DNA of 64,000 nucleotides from an uncultured delta proteobacterium (GTDB lineage: Bacteria; Desulfobacterota; Desulfobacteria; Desulfobacterales; JAFDCJ01). Position 1 is the first letter of the stretch; each line of letters starts with the position of its first letter. Positions 1-9,033 of this stretch are shown here, in pieces. Below the pieces are notes generated by a model. That model did not search any database, had not been told where the DNA came from, and saw nothing but the letters and a program-made list of their open reading frames with translations. The position numbers and the translations under genes were made by a program. Location: the NCBI GenBank assembly GCA_963710795.1, contig CAVQBT010000067.1, forward strand, positions 64,232 to 128,231, written 5' to 3'.

Positions 1-894
1 CTGGGCTCGGGCTGCAGCTGCACCGATGGGATGCGGGATAACCCCCACTTTTTCAATCACATCCTGAATTTCCGGTTTGGCCATGACGTTGAAAAAAGTC
101 GTACTGAGTTTTTGGGCGATATCGTCCGGCGTTTTAGCCGGCACAAAAGCCCCGAACCAGATGGAGTAACCCACGCCGAACCCCTGCTCTTTGACGGTTG
201 CTACGTCCGGATACTGGGGCAGCCGGTTCGGCAGCATGCAGGCCAGGATTTTCATCTGTTTTGCTTCCACATAGTCCCTGACCCCGGGGGTCGAGAAGGT
301 GATCACGTCGGCATCGCCCTTGACCACCAGCAGGGGGTTGAGTTTCTTGTAAGCCGTTTCCTGCCATTGGAACCCGCCTTTTTTGGCCACGTTCATCGCA
401 ATCAGGGTCGGCACCGCACCCAGACCCCAGTGCGCCAGCCGCAATTTATGGCTTTGGCCGTACTCGGCCAGTTCCTTGAGATTGTTATAGGGCGCATCGG
501 CCCGGCAGGACAGGGTAAAAGGCGAAGACCAGATCAGTCCCAGGGGTTTCAGATCCTGGTTCTTGTATGGCGTCTTACCCCGGATCACCTGCGTGATCAT
601 GGGCCCGATGGAGATCAGCCCCAGGGTGTAGCCGTCCGGGCGGCTTTGGACCAGTTCGTTGGTGGCCAGCACTGCGCCGCCGCCGGGCTTGTTGACCACT
701 TTGACCGGCACTCCCAGCTCATCGGACATGAGCGGCGCCATGGCCGTGGCGATCATGGTCGAGGGATCGTTGCCGGCCGGCCAGGGGATCATAATTTTAA
801 TGGCCTTTTTGGGCCATTCGGCCGCAGCCGGCATTACAATCAACCCCAAAATCATCATCAGGACGGCTGTCGCCAATACACATTTTTTCAACAT
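1..894 (-). CDS. tctC: Tripartite tricarboxylate transporter substrate-binding protein (TctC/Bug family); C-terminus cut by the window edge
   Basis: The reverse complement translates to MLKKCVLATAVLMMILGLIVMPAAAEWPKKAIKIMIPWPAGNDPSTMIATAMAPLMSDELGVPVKVVNKPGGGAVLATN..., which carries the Bug/TctC hallmarks: a signal peptide, a PWxAGG-like motif and VVNKPGGGG. An SD (GGAGGTG) precedes the ATG at 894-892. The listed + strand ORF 31..921 is its antisense shadow. Confidence 0.7.
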   Translation of the reverse strand, partial: MLKKCVLATAVLMMILGLIVMPAAAEWPKKAIKIMIPWPAGNDPSTMIATAMAPLMSDELGVPVKVVNKPGGGAVLATNELVQSRPDGYTLGLISIGPMITQVIRGKTPYKNQDLKPLGLIWSSPFTLSCRADAPYNNLKELAEYGQSHKLRLAHWGLGAVPTLIAMNVAKKGGFQWQETAYKKLNPLLVVKGDADVITFSTPGVRDYVEAKQMKILACMLPNRLPQYPDVATVKEQGFGVGYSIWFGAFVPAKTPDDIAQKLSTTFFNVMAKPEIQDVIEKVGVIPHPIGAAAARAQ

Positions 895-1174
895 ACTGCA
901 CCTCCAATTTGTTATGGTTAGTACTACTGTTTCATATGTAGCTTTGCTTCCACACCTTGAACAGACTAATATAGCATATTAAATGAATGCCAAAAGTGCT
1001 CTAAATTGCCTAAAATGCCTAAAGTTAAGAAAACGCTGCGCGCAATCTATTTTTAAAATCAGATTGGACCCGAACCGATTAACGCTGAACCGCCGAGCGG
1101 TTACTATAAAACAAAAAAAATCTAAATCTCAAGCACCAAATTATTTGCCCTGCTAAATAATTCGAATGTACAAC

Positions 1175-2200
1175 TCATCTTAGTATAAAACCATCCTGGA
1201 GCGGATCGTCCGGATCGATTAAAAACTCGTGCCGACCGGTGATATATGCGCTGCCTTCAATTTGCGGAATGACGGCGGCATAGGGGCCAAAGATTGTCTC
1301 GCGAATAATCCTGCCGCAAAAGCGGGTGCCGATAATGCTTTCAATGGTGATGGCCTGGTTAAGGCTGACTTCTTGGCGGGTATGGTGGATGGCCAGGCGG
1401 CCGCTGACACCCGTGCCGGTGGGGCTGCGGTCCACTTCTCCTTCGGCAAAGACGCAGACATTGCGACTGTGCGCGGTTTCAGCCTCAGCCGGTCCGATGA
1501 AGATCGTACCGTATAGAAAGCTTAAATCTTTCTCAAAAGGGTGGGTGATGTCACGGGTTTTCATGATGGCTCGTTTAATGGCCATGCCTTTTTGAACCAG
1601 GGCCGGAAAGTCCCGCGGGGTGCAGGTCAGCCCGATGCTTGCCGCCTGTACGTAAGCGTAAAATGCACCGCCAAAGGCAATATCATACCGAACCTGCCCG
1701 ATGCCGGATACCTCGATCACATCATCGAGCGCCAACACAAATGAAGGGACATTTTCAAAATAAATGCGTTGGATCTTTTTTTCAACGATACAGGCATGCG
1801 CCGTCACCAGGCCGGCCGGTGAATCGATGCGGATCGTGGTTTCGGGCGCCCTTTGCGGCACCAGGCCGGTTTCCAGTGCCACTTTGACAATGGCGATTAT
1901 GCCGTGGCCGCACATGGTGCTGTAGCCTTCATTGTGCAGGAACAGGATGCCGAAATCCGCCCCGGGAGTTACCGGCGGAGTAACGATGCAACCATACATA
2001 TCCGCGTGGCCGCGCGGCTCCCACATCAACGCCGTGCGCAGGTGGTCCAGATGATCCTGCATGTGCCGGCGCCGTGCCAGGATGGTCTCACCCGGCAGGT
2101 CCGGCAATCCTGCGGTAATGACGCGAAACGGTTCACCGGCGGTGTGGGCATCGATGGTGCTTATTTTGAGCCAGTGTTCCGGCGGGTTCCAATTTTTCAT
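1175..2200 (-). CDS. Proline racemase-family enzyme, most consistent with trans-3-hydroxy-L-proline dehydratase (Cys/Thr catalytic pair)
   Basis: 341 aa. The first catalytic motif MCGHG retains Cys. In the second motif, SPTGTG, Thr replaces the second catalytic Cys (racemases and 4-Hyp epimerases have SPCGTG-like). This Cys/Thr pair is the established signature of T3LHyp dehydratases in this family. Confidence 0.6.
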   Translation of the reverse strand: MKNWNPPEHWLKISTIDAHTAGEPFRVITAGLPDLPGETILARRRHMQDHLDHLRTALMWEPRGHADMYGCIVTPPVTPGADFGILFLHNEGYSTMCGHGIIAIVKVALETGLVPQRAPETTIRIDSPAGLVTAHACIVEKKIQRIYFENVPSFVLALDDVIEVSGIGQVRYDIAFGGAFYAYVQAASIGLTCTPRDFPALVQKGMAIKRAIMKTRDITHPFEKDLSFLYGTIFIGPAEAETAHSRNVCVFAEGEVDRSPTGTGVSGRLAIHHTRQEVSLNQAITIESIIGTRFCGRIIRETIFGPYAAVIPQIEGSAYITGRHEFLIDPDDPLQDGFILR

Positions 2201-2500
2201 AGCGCACCCCTGTCAATTGAAGAATGAAGATTGAAGATTGAATATTTATGGTATTCTATCTGTTTATTTTCGCTCTATAATTCGTTCTTTGCGCATTCGT
2301 GGCAAAATAACGGGCATGGGTCTTTCCTTATCGTTCTCGATCTGGTGTGTCAATGGTGTGAATGGAAAGTCAGCTGAATTAATGCTTGCTTTTAATTTGA
2401 TTTTATATGAAAAATGGGTCTCATGGTTAAAAACAATGGATTTGGCGGTATGGGGTCTGTTTGCGTATAAAATGTGCTGATCAGAGTTTCAAAACCGCTC

Positions 2501-2712
2501 GTATGAAACTTCATGAAATCCGATGCCATTTCCAAGAGGTATCTCACCGCAGAGCACGCGGAGAGCGCAGAGATTATTTAAAATTTTCTTTCTCAGCGTT
2601 CTCGGCGAACTCTGCGGTGAACGATTAGTTTTTTTTCGATTTGACCGGCCGTTTTTTTGGCCGGCGGCGGCGCTGAACCCTGAACCCTGAACCTTGAAAC
2701 TTGAACCGATCA
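2501..2712. repeat. About 200-bp structured intergenic repeat, copy 1 (uninterrupted)
   Basis: gtatgaaacttcatgaaatccgatgccatttccaagaggtatctcaccgcagagcacgcggagagcgcagagatt...gaactctgcggtga...gaccggccgtttttttggccggcgg recurs at 36608-37030 with about 90% identity. It contains an internal inverted repeat caccgcagag/ctctgcggtg and a ccggcc-T7-ggccgg hairpin. Confidence 0.7.
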
Positions 2713-2735
2713 CCCTAATGAAAGGAGAATGAGAG

Positions 2736-4292
2736 ATGAAACTTATCAAACTGGTTTTAATTTGTCTAATGGCAGTGGGCTTGGTTTTTATGGCATCCAA
2801 TAGCTTTGCCAAGGTTACGCTGGTTTACGGCACCACCGAAAAAGTGACCGATATGGATCCGGCCAATGCCTATGATTTTCACACCTGGGAAATTTTTTAT
2901 AACATCTATCGCGGATTGATGTCCTATCCGGCAGGGAAAACCAACCTGGTGCCGGGCCTGGCCGAATCCTATGAAATCGTTGACGCCGGCAAAGGCTATA
3001 TTTTCAAGCTTAAAAAAGGGGTGAAATTTTCCGACGGCACGCCCTTTGACGCCAATGCCGTCAAATGGTCCATCGATCGGGTCATGCGGATTGCGGGGGA
3101 CCCTTCCTGGCTGGTCACGGACTTTGTCAAGAGCGTGGAGGTCCTGGATAAGTATCGGGTCAAATTCAACTTGAAAAATCCGGTGGCTTATTTCCCGGAC
3201 CTGGTGGCAACCGTTCCTTATTATCCGGTCAACCCCAACATCTATCCGGCCGACAAGATTGTTCAGGATCCTTCCGCCCTAAAAGGCGGGAAACTGGTTG
3301 GCCTGGGAGCATATCGGGTGATTTTCTTCAAAAGAGACCAGCAGATTGCCCTGGAGGCCAATCCCTATTATGTCGGTGAGAAGCCGAAAAACGACATGAT
3401 CATCATCCGGTACTTTGCCGATGCCACCACCATGCGGCTGGCTCTGGAAAAAGGCGAGCTGGATTTTGCATTTAAATCGTTCAATCCGTCGGATATCAAT
3501 GACCTGCAGAATATGAGGAAAATTAAAACCATCAAGGGCCAGGGTCCCTACATCCGTTATTTGTGTTTTCAGAACAACACCGAGCCCTTCACCAACAAAA
3601 TAGTACGCCAGGGCGTGGCCGCGGCCATCAATCGACCGGATATCATTAAAAAGGTCTTTCTGGGCCAGAATGAGCCCCTTTACTCCATGGTACCCATGGG
3701 GATGTGGACCCACGAAGACAGCTTCAAAGGAACCCTCGGTGACGGGAACATCGAATTGTCCCGCAAACTGCTGGCCCAGGCCGGCTTTAATGAAGACAAC
3801 AAGCTGGAATTTGAATTCTGGTATACCCCCAGCCACTACGGCGACACCGAAGTAGACATGGCCGCGGTGCTCAAAGCTCAATTTGAGGCCACCGGTGTCA
3901 TGGATGTCACGGTTAAATCCGCCGAATGGGCCACCTACAAGGACAATTGGCATAACCAGCTGATGCCGGTCTACCTGCTGGGCTGGTACCCGGATTACAT
4001 CGATCCGGATAACTATACGGCCGCCTTCGCCGGCACTGCCGGATCCAAGGGCAATGGCATTTACTTTTCCAATCCCAAGTGGGATGCCATGTTTGTAGAA
4101 GAACAGAAAACGACAAGCAAGAGCGAACGGGAGGCCATTTTCAAAAAGATACAGCAGATGTGGACCGTTGAAGTTCCGACAGCCCCTATTTTCCAGGGAA
4201 CTTTGTATATGTTTTCCCAGACCGACATCAATGGCATCAAAATTTCACCGACGCTTCAATTTATGTATGCGCCGATCGAGAAAGTAAAGTAA
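2736..4292 (+). CDS. ABC transporter substrate-binding protein, peptide/nickel family 5 (DppA/OppA-like)
   Basis: 518 aa with a signal peptide and typical SBP_bac_5 composition. A strong RBS (AAGGAGAA) precedes the ATG. It heads an operon with two permeases and two ATPases. Confidence 0.8.
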   Translation: MKLIKLVLICLMAVGLVFMASNSFAKVTLVYGTTEKVTDMDPANAYDFHTWEIFYNIYRGLMSYPAGKTNLVPGLAESYEIVDAGKGYIFKLKKGVKFSDGTPFDANAVKWSIDRVMRIAGDPSWLVTDFVKSVEVLDKYRVKFNLKNPVAYFPDLVATVPYYPVNPNIYPADKIVQDPSALKGGKLVGLGAYRVIFFKRDQQIALEANPYYVGEKPKNDMIIIRYFADATTMRLALEKGELDFAFKSFNPSDINDLQNMRKIKTIKGQGPYIRYLCFQNNTEPFTNKIVRQGVAAAINRPDIIKKVFLGQNEPLYSMVPMGMWTHEDSFKGTLGDGNIELSRKLLAQAGFNEDNKLEFEFWYTPSHYGDTEVDMAAVLKAQFEATGVMDVTVKSAEWATYKDNWHNQLMPVYLLGWYPDYIDPDNYTAAFAGTAGSKGNGIYFSNPKWDAMFVEEQKTTSKSEREAIFKKIQQMWTVEVPTAPIFQGTLYMFSQTDINGIKISPTLQFMYAPIEKVK

Positions 4293-4297
4293 AGATA

Positions 4298-4525
4298 ATA
4301 AAGGTTTCAGGTGTCAGGTTTCAGGTGTCAGGCAGTGGCAGTCCTAAAAAAACTGAAATCTGTGAAATTAGCTTTGCGGCTCCCTTAAATAGAGCAGCAA
4401 TTTCAAGGAATAGAGTTGAATATATTGGTTATTTGTCGGCCGGTTCTTAGGCGACTATGCATTGAAACCTTAGAATTCGGCTTTGATATTTGTTCCTGAC
4501 ACCCGAAACCTGACACCTGAAACCT
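4298..4525. repeat. Inverted pair of degenerate tandem-word repeats flanking about 170 bp of spacer
   Basis: 4298-4328 caggtgtcaggtttcaggtgtcaggc faces 4496-4525 cctgacacccgaaacctgacacctgaaacc (reverse-complement related). The pair sits between the SBP and permease genes. Confidence 0.6.
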
Positions 4526-4578
4526 ATTAATCGACAAATCAGGTTTTTCCGGTTAGCCATTGTTATTTATGTTCCCCT

Positions 4579-5595
4579 ATGAAAAATCTTCTTCGATACA
4601 TTATCGCGCGCACCTTGCTCACCATCCCCATGGTTTTCATTCTGTTAACGATCGTTTTCGTGGTCGTGCGGGTGATGCCCGGTGATCCGGTTTCCTCGAT
4701 GCTGGGCGGCCATGCCCCGGAAAAAGTCATTGAACAGAAAAAAGAAGAGTTGGGCCTGAATAAACCGCTGATCATGCAATACGGCAGCTACCTGTGGCAA
4801 ATCTGCCGCCTGGATCTGGGAAATTCCATGATATTCAAACAGCGGGTTATCGATACGATCAAGGAAAAACTGCCGGCCACCATTGAATTGACCTTTTTTG
4901 GCATGTTGATCACGCTTTTGGTGGGGGTGCCCCTGGGGGCTTATGCCGCCGACAAACGCAGATCCACCCAGGACTACACCATCCGTTTATATGGTATCGT
5001 GATTTATTGTATTCCGGTTTATTGGCTAGGCTTGATGCTGCAAATGATATTCGGCATCTGGCTGGATATCTTCCCGATAGCCGGCCGGACCGGTGCCCGG
5101 GTATTTGTCGCTGCGTTTGACAAATCCGGCTTTTATATTCTGGATACGATTCTGGCCGGGGATTATGAGGCGCTCAAGGACATCCTGATTCACCTGGTTT
5201 TGCCGTCCGTCACCCTGGGGCTGACCCTGTCGGGAATTTTTATTCGCCTGACCCGGGCCAACATGCTGGACGTTCTCAAATCCGACTATATTTTGGCAGC
5301 CGAAGCCCGGGGAATCAGGCACTTTCGCGTGGTGTACAAGCATGCCATGATAAATGCGTTTGTGCCCATCCTGACCATGATGGGGCTGCAGGTCGCTATT
5401 TTGATGTCCGGGGCTGTGCTAACCGAAACCACTTTTTCCTGGCCCGGCATGGGGCGGCTGCTATTGGAACGAATCTATCTGAGAGATTATCCCACCATTC
5501 AAGGGGTCATCGTCATTTTTGCCCTGATCGTGGCGGGCGTCTCGTTGGTGGTGGATATTATTTACGCCATGGTGGATCCGCGGGTGAGGTACTAG
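4579..5595 (+). CDS. ABC transporter permease (DppB/OppB-like)
   Basis: 338 aa with multiple TM segments and the BPD_transp_1 EAA-like region (...AAEARGIRHFRVVYKHAM...). Confidence 0.8.
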   Translation: MKNLLRYIIARTLLTIPMVFILLTIVFVVVRVMPGDPVSSMLGGHAPEKVIEQKKEELGLNKPLIMQYGSYLWQICRLDLGNSMIFKQRVIDTIKEKLPATIELTFFGMLITLLVGVPLGAYAADKRRSTQDYTIRLYGIVIYCIPVYWLGLMLQMIFGIWLDIFPIAGRTGARVFVAAFDKSGFYILDTILAGDYEALKDILIHLVLPSVTLGLTLSGIFIRLTRANMLDVLKSDYILAAEARGIRHFRVVYKHAMINAFVPILTMMGLQVAILMSGAVLTETTFSWPGMGRLLLERIYLRDYPTIQGVIVIFALIVAGVSLVVDIIYAMVDPRVRY

Positions 5596-5940
5596 GTTGT
5601 TAAAAATGAATTTTGTGAATATCGTGGCAAAATATTTTTTTATGCAGATATGAAGCTTCACGTAGAAATGACTAAAATTGCAAAGTGCCTAAAATGCCTA
5701 AAGTTGAGGAATTTTATCGATTGAAATAGAAAGGCAATGCAGGTCAACGGATTATTTATCTGATTTGGGGGTTCTTATGGCCAATTATCAAAACTGATAA
5801 AGAAGACGGAGCGAAGCGACACATTAATTTTAGTCATTTTAGATCATTTTAGTCATTTTCAAATTATCCGGATGAAGTTTTTAAAAAAGTAATGCCTCAT
5901 TTTGTAGAACTAAAAACCTTATGAAATTGAAAACATAACT

Positions 5941-6825
5941 ATGAAACATTCTCCCACTGCAGCATTGGCAAGGTTCATCGGGCACTTCTCGCGTATGGGC
6001 CAAAAGTACGGGGTGGAATGGTGGATTCTGGTGATCGGCGCCTTCATCATCCTGGCAATTATGTTAATGGCCCTGTTTGCCGGCACCATTGCGCCTTACA
6101 GTCCATTTAATCAGGATACCGGTCCCCAACTGGCACCGCCGAGCGCGGAACATCTCATGGGGACTGACAATCTGCAGCGCGATGTCTTTTCCCGCATCAT
6201 TTTCGGTGCCCGCACGATCCTGGGGGTGGCGATCCTGGCGGCCATTATATCGTCGATCGTGGGGATCTCACTGGGATTGATCTCTGGTTTTTCCGGTGGT
6301 GCTTTTGATAAGCTCTTGTCGCTGGTGATGGATTCAGTCTACTCCTTTCCAGGTCTTATTCTGGCGATTGCCTTTGCGGCAATGCTGGAGCCGGGGATTA
6401 TCAGTATTTCTTTCGCCGTGGCCGTCATATATATTCCGACCTACTTCCGGCTGGTGCGGGGCCAGACACTGACCATCAAGGAAGAGTTGTATGTCGAAGC
6501 CGCCAAGGCAATTGGGGCCCCCGGCCTATCCATCTTATGGAAGTATATCTTTCCTAATGTCATTGCCACCACAGCCGTAGTATTTACCATGAACGTCGGG
6601 GATGCCATCATGATCGAGGCGGCTTTAACTTACTTGGGCTTGGGGCTGCCGCCCAGTGTAGTGGACTGGGGGATGGATCTGGCCATGGGTAAAAAGTTTC
6701 TGCCGTCGGGTCAGTGGTGGCTGATTACGTTTCCGGGGGCCATGATTTCGCTGCTGGCGGTCGGATTCACCATGCTGGGTGAGGGACTGGCCGAGATTCT
6801 GAATCCAAGATTGTTGGAGCGTTAG
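5941..6825 (+). CDS. ABC transporter permease (DppC/OppC-like)
   Basis: 294 aa TM protein with the OppC-type N-terminus and permease core. Confidence 0.8.
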   Translation: MKHSPTAALARFIGHFSRMGQKYGVEWWILVIGAFIILAIMLMALFAGTIAPYSPFNQDTGPQLAPPSAEHLMGTDNLQRDVFSRIIFGARTILGVAILAAIISSIVGISLGLISGFSGGAFDKLLSLVMDSVYSFPGLILAIAFAAMLEPGIISISFAVAVIYIPTYFRLVRGQTLTIKEELYVEAAKAIGAPGLSILWKYIFPNVIATTAVVFTMNVGDAIMIEAALTYLGLGLPPSVVDWGMDLAMGKKFLPSGQWWLITFPGAMISLLAVGFTMLGEGLAEILNPRLLER

Positions 6826-6826
6826 C

Positions 6827-7786
6827 GTGAATCACAACATTCTTGAAATAGAAAATTTAAATGTGCATTTTCCGATCCATATCGGAACGGTGCGTGCGGT
6901 TGAAAATGTGAGTCTCGACCTTAAACAGGGGGAAGTCATGGGATTGGTGGGAGAGTCCGGCTGCGGTAAATCCACGCTGGGTTTTTCTATCCTGCGGCTT
7001 CTCAGGCCACCCGGAATGTTTGCCGGCGGGCAGATTCGCTATCATGGCAGTGATATCCTGACCATGAGTGAGGGGGAAATTTTAGGTCTGCGCGGCAAAC
7101 GGATCGCCATGATTTTTCAGGATCCCCTGACCTCTCTCAACCCGCTTTTTCGCATCGGCGACCAGTTTGCAGAGACTATTAGAACTCATGAAAAGGGAGT
7201 TTCCAAAAAACAGGCCCTGGAGCGTGCCGGGCAGATGCTTAAGCGTCTGGGCATTGCAGCGGATAGACTCGGTGAATATCCTCATCAGATGTCAGGGGGC
7301 ATGCGCCAGCGTATCATGATCGGGATGGCCCTGGTGTTGAATCCGGATTTACTCATCGCGGATGAACCGACGACATCGCTGGATGTGATTGTTGAAGCCC
7401 AATTCCTGGATCTTTTGAATGAATTGCGGGCCCAGTTCAACCTGACAATTTTATTGATCTCTCACAATCTTGGGATCGTGGCCCAGATGGCCGATCGCAT
7501 AACCGTTATGTACGGGGGGCGTCTGGCTGAATCCGGCAAGGCTGAAGCATTGTTTGCCGAGCCTTTGCACCCCTACACCCAGGGGCTTCTGGCTTCCATT
7601 CCCAATATTAAAATGGATCAACCGGAACTGCACATCATGCCCGGGGCTCCGCCGGATCTGGTTGATCCGCCGATCGGCTGCGTTTTTCACCCCCGTTGCC
7701 CGCACGTTATGGATAAATGCCGTCGGGAGATGCCGCCGAATGTTTATAAGGACGATCATCTGGCCGCGTGCTGGTTGTATGAATGA
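6827..7786 (+). CDS. ABC transporter ATP-binding protein (DppD/OppD-like)
   Basis: Walker [10 protein letters not shown], signature LSGGMRQR, Walker [13 protein letters not shown] and the C-terminal oligopeptide-ATPase extension. Its start overlaps the stop of the permease upstream. Confidence 0.85.
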   Translation: MNHNILEIENLNVHFPIHIGTVRAVENVSLDLKQGEVMGLVGESGCGKSTLGFSILRLLRPPGMFAGGQIRYHGSDILTMSEGEILGLRGKRIAMIFQDPLTSLNPLFRIGDQFAETIRTHEKGVSKKQALERAGQMLKRLGIAADRLGEYPHQMSGGMRQRIMIGMALVLNPDLLIADEPTTSLDVIVEAQFLDLLNELRAQFNLTILLISHNLGIVAQMADRITVMYGGRLAESGKAEALFAEPLHPYTQGLLASIPNIKMDQPELHIMPGAPPDLVDPPIGCVFHPRCPHVMDKCRREMPPNVYKDDHLAACWLYE

Positions 7787-7789
7787 GCT

Positions 7790-8788
7790 ATGAACAAACT
7801 GATTCAAATTAATAATTTGATAAAACACTTTCCCCTTGATAAGGGGTTTCTGGCGCATTTGTTTGGCAAGGACAAGCGCGTGGTGCGAGCCGTGGACGAT
7901 GTCTCTTTTTTTATCCGGGAGGGGGAGGTTCTGGGGCTTGCCGGAGAAAGCGGCTGCGGCAAAACAACCACCGGCCGACTGCTACTGCGGCTGCTCGAAC
8001 CCACCGGCGGCGAAGTCCTGTACCGGGACAAATCAGTCTTTCACAACACAACCGAGGAGATGCGCCATCTGCGTGAAAAAATGCAGGTCATCTTCCAGGA
8101 TCCCTTTGCTTCACTGAGCCCGCGGATGAACATCGGGGCATCCATCGGCCATCCACTTCAAATTCACACCTCGCACAGTGCTGCGGAAATCAGAGATAGG
8201 ACCCATGATATCATGGAAAAGGTGGGGCTTTCACCGGCCGCATTTTTGAGCAAAAAATATCCCCATCAGCTTTCCGGGGGGCAGCGGCAGCGGGTGGTGA
8301 TCGCCAGGGCCTTAATTACCGATCCGGATTTCGTGGTGGCCGATGAGCCTCTCGCCATGGCCGATGTATCTGTCAGTGCTATGATTCTGGAATTGATGGT
8401 TCGATTAAAAGAAGAATTTGATCTGACCTATCTTTTTATTACCCATGATCTGGCCACCTGCAAGTATATCTGTGACCGTATCGCCATTATGTATTTGGGC
8501 CAGATCCTTGAAATCGGACCGCTGGATGAGGTCTTCAAACATCCGGTGCATCCGTATACGGTATCTCTGCTGGCAGCCGTACCGGTGCCGGATCCCAAAT
8601 TCAGGCGCACCGACACCATTCCCAAAGGTGAAATCCCCAGTGCCATCGATCCGCCTTCCGGATGCCGCTTTCATCCGCGCTGCTCCTATGCCGTTGCGGA
8701 ATGTTCCGTTAAAATGCCGGTGCTTGAGAATGCTGCCGGTGACCATTGGGTTGCCTGCCCGGTGAGGCTGAATGCCGGGGGGCGATGA
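7790..8788 (+). CDS. ABC transporter ATP-binding protein (DppF/OppF-like)
   Basis: Walker [10 protein letters not shown], signature LSGGQRQR and Walker B VVADEP. Confidence 0.85.
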   Translation: MNKLIQINNLIKHFPLDKGFLAHLFGKDKRVVRAVDDVSFFIREGEVLGLAGESGCGKTTTGRLLLRLLEPTGGEVLYRDKSVFHNTTEEMRHLREKMQVIFQDPFASLSPRMNIGASIGHPLQIHTSHSAAEIRDRTHDIMEKVGLSPAAFLSKKYPHQLSGGQRQRVVIARALITDPDFVVADEPLAMADVSVSAMILELMVRLKEEFDLTYLFITHDLATCKYICDRIAIMYLGQILEIGPLDEVFKHPVHPYTVSLLAAVPVPDPKFRRTDTIPKGEIPSAIDPPSGCRFHPRCSYAVAECSVKMPVLENAAGDHWVACPVRLNAGGR

Positions 8789-9033
8789 CAGAATTCGGAA
8801 GTGGGAAGTCGGAATGCGGAAGTCGGAAGCCAGATGAAAGAAGGTGAGAGGTTGGGAAGGTGGGATGGGAAGGGCATGATGCATAGGGTAGAGCGCAAAG
8901 CGCACAGAAGGTAAAAAACTAAAGAATTACCACGGAAGGGCACGGAGCTGCACAGAAAGATTCCGAATAAAAATAAATTGTTTCCGTGTATTTTCGTGAA
9001 GATCCGTGGTGAGGAAATTTAAAAAGGCAGACT

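Noticed and set aside
31-921. 296-aa + strand ORF at the window start
   Set aside because: It is the antisense shadow of the minus-strand TctC-family gene. The minus-strand translation gives a coherent Bug/TctC protein with an SD, while the + strand product is low-complexity, His/Arg/Gly-rich and has no RBS.
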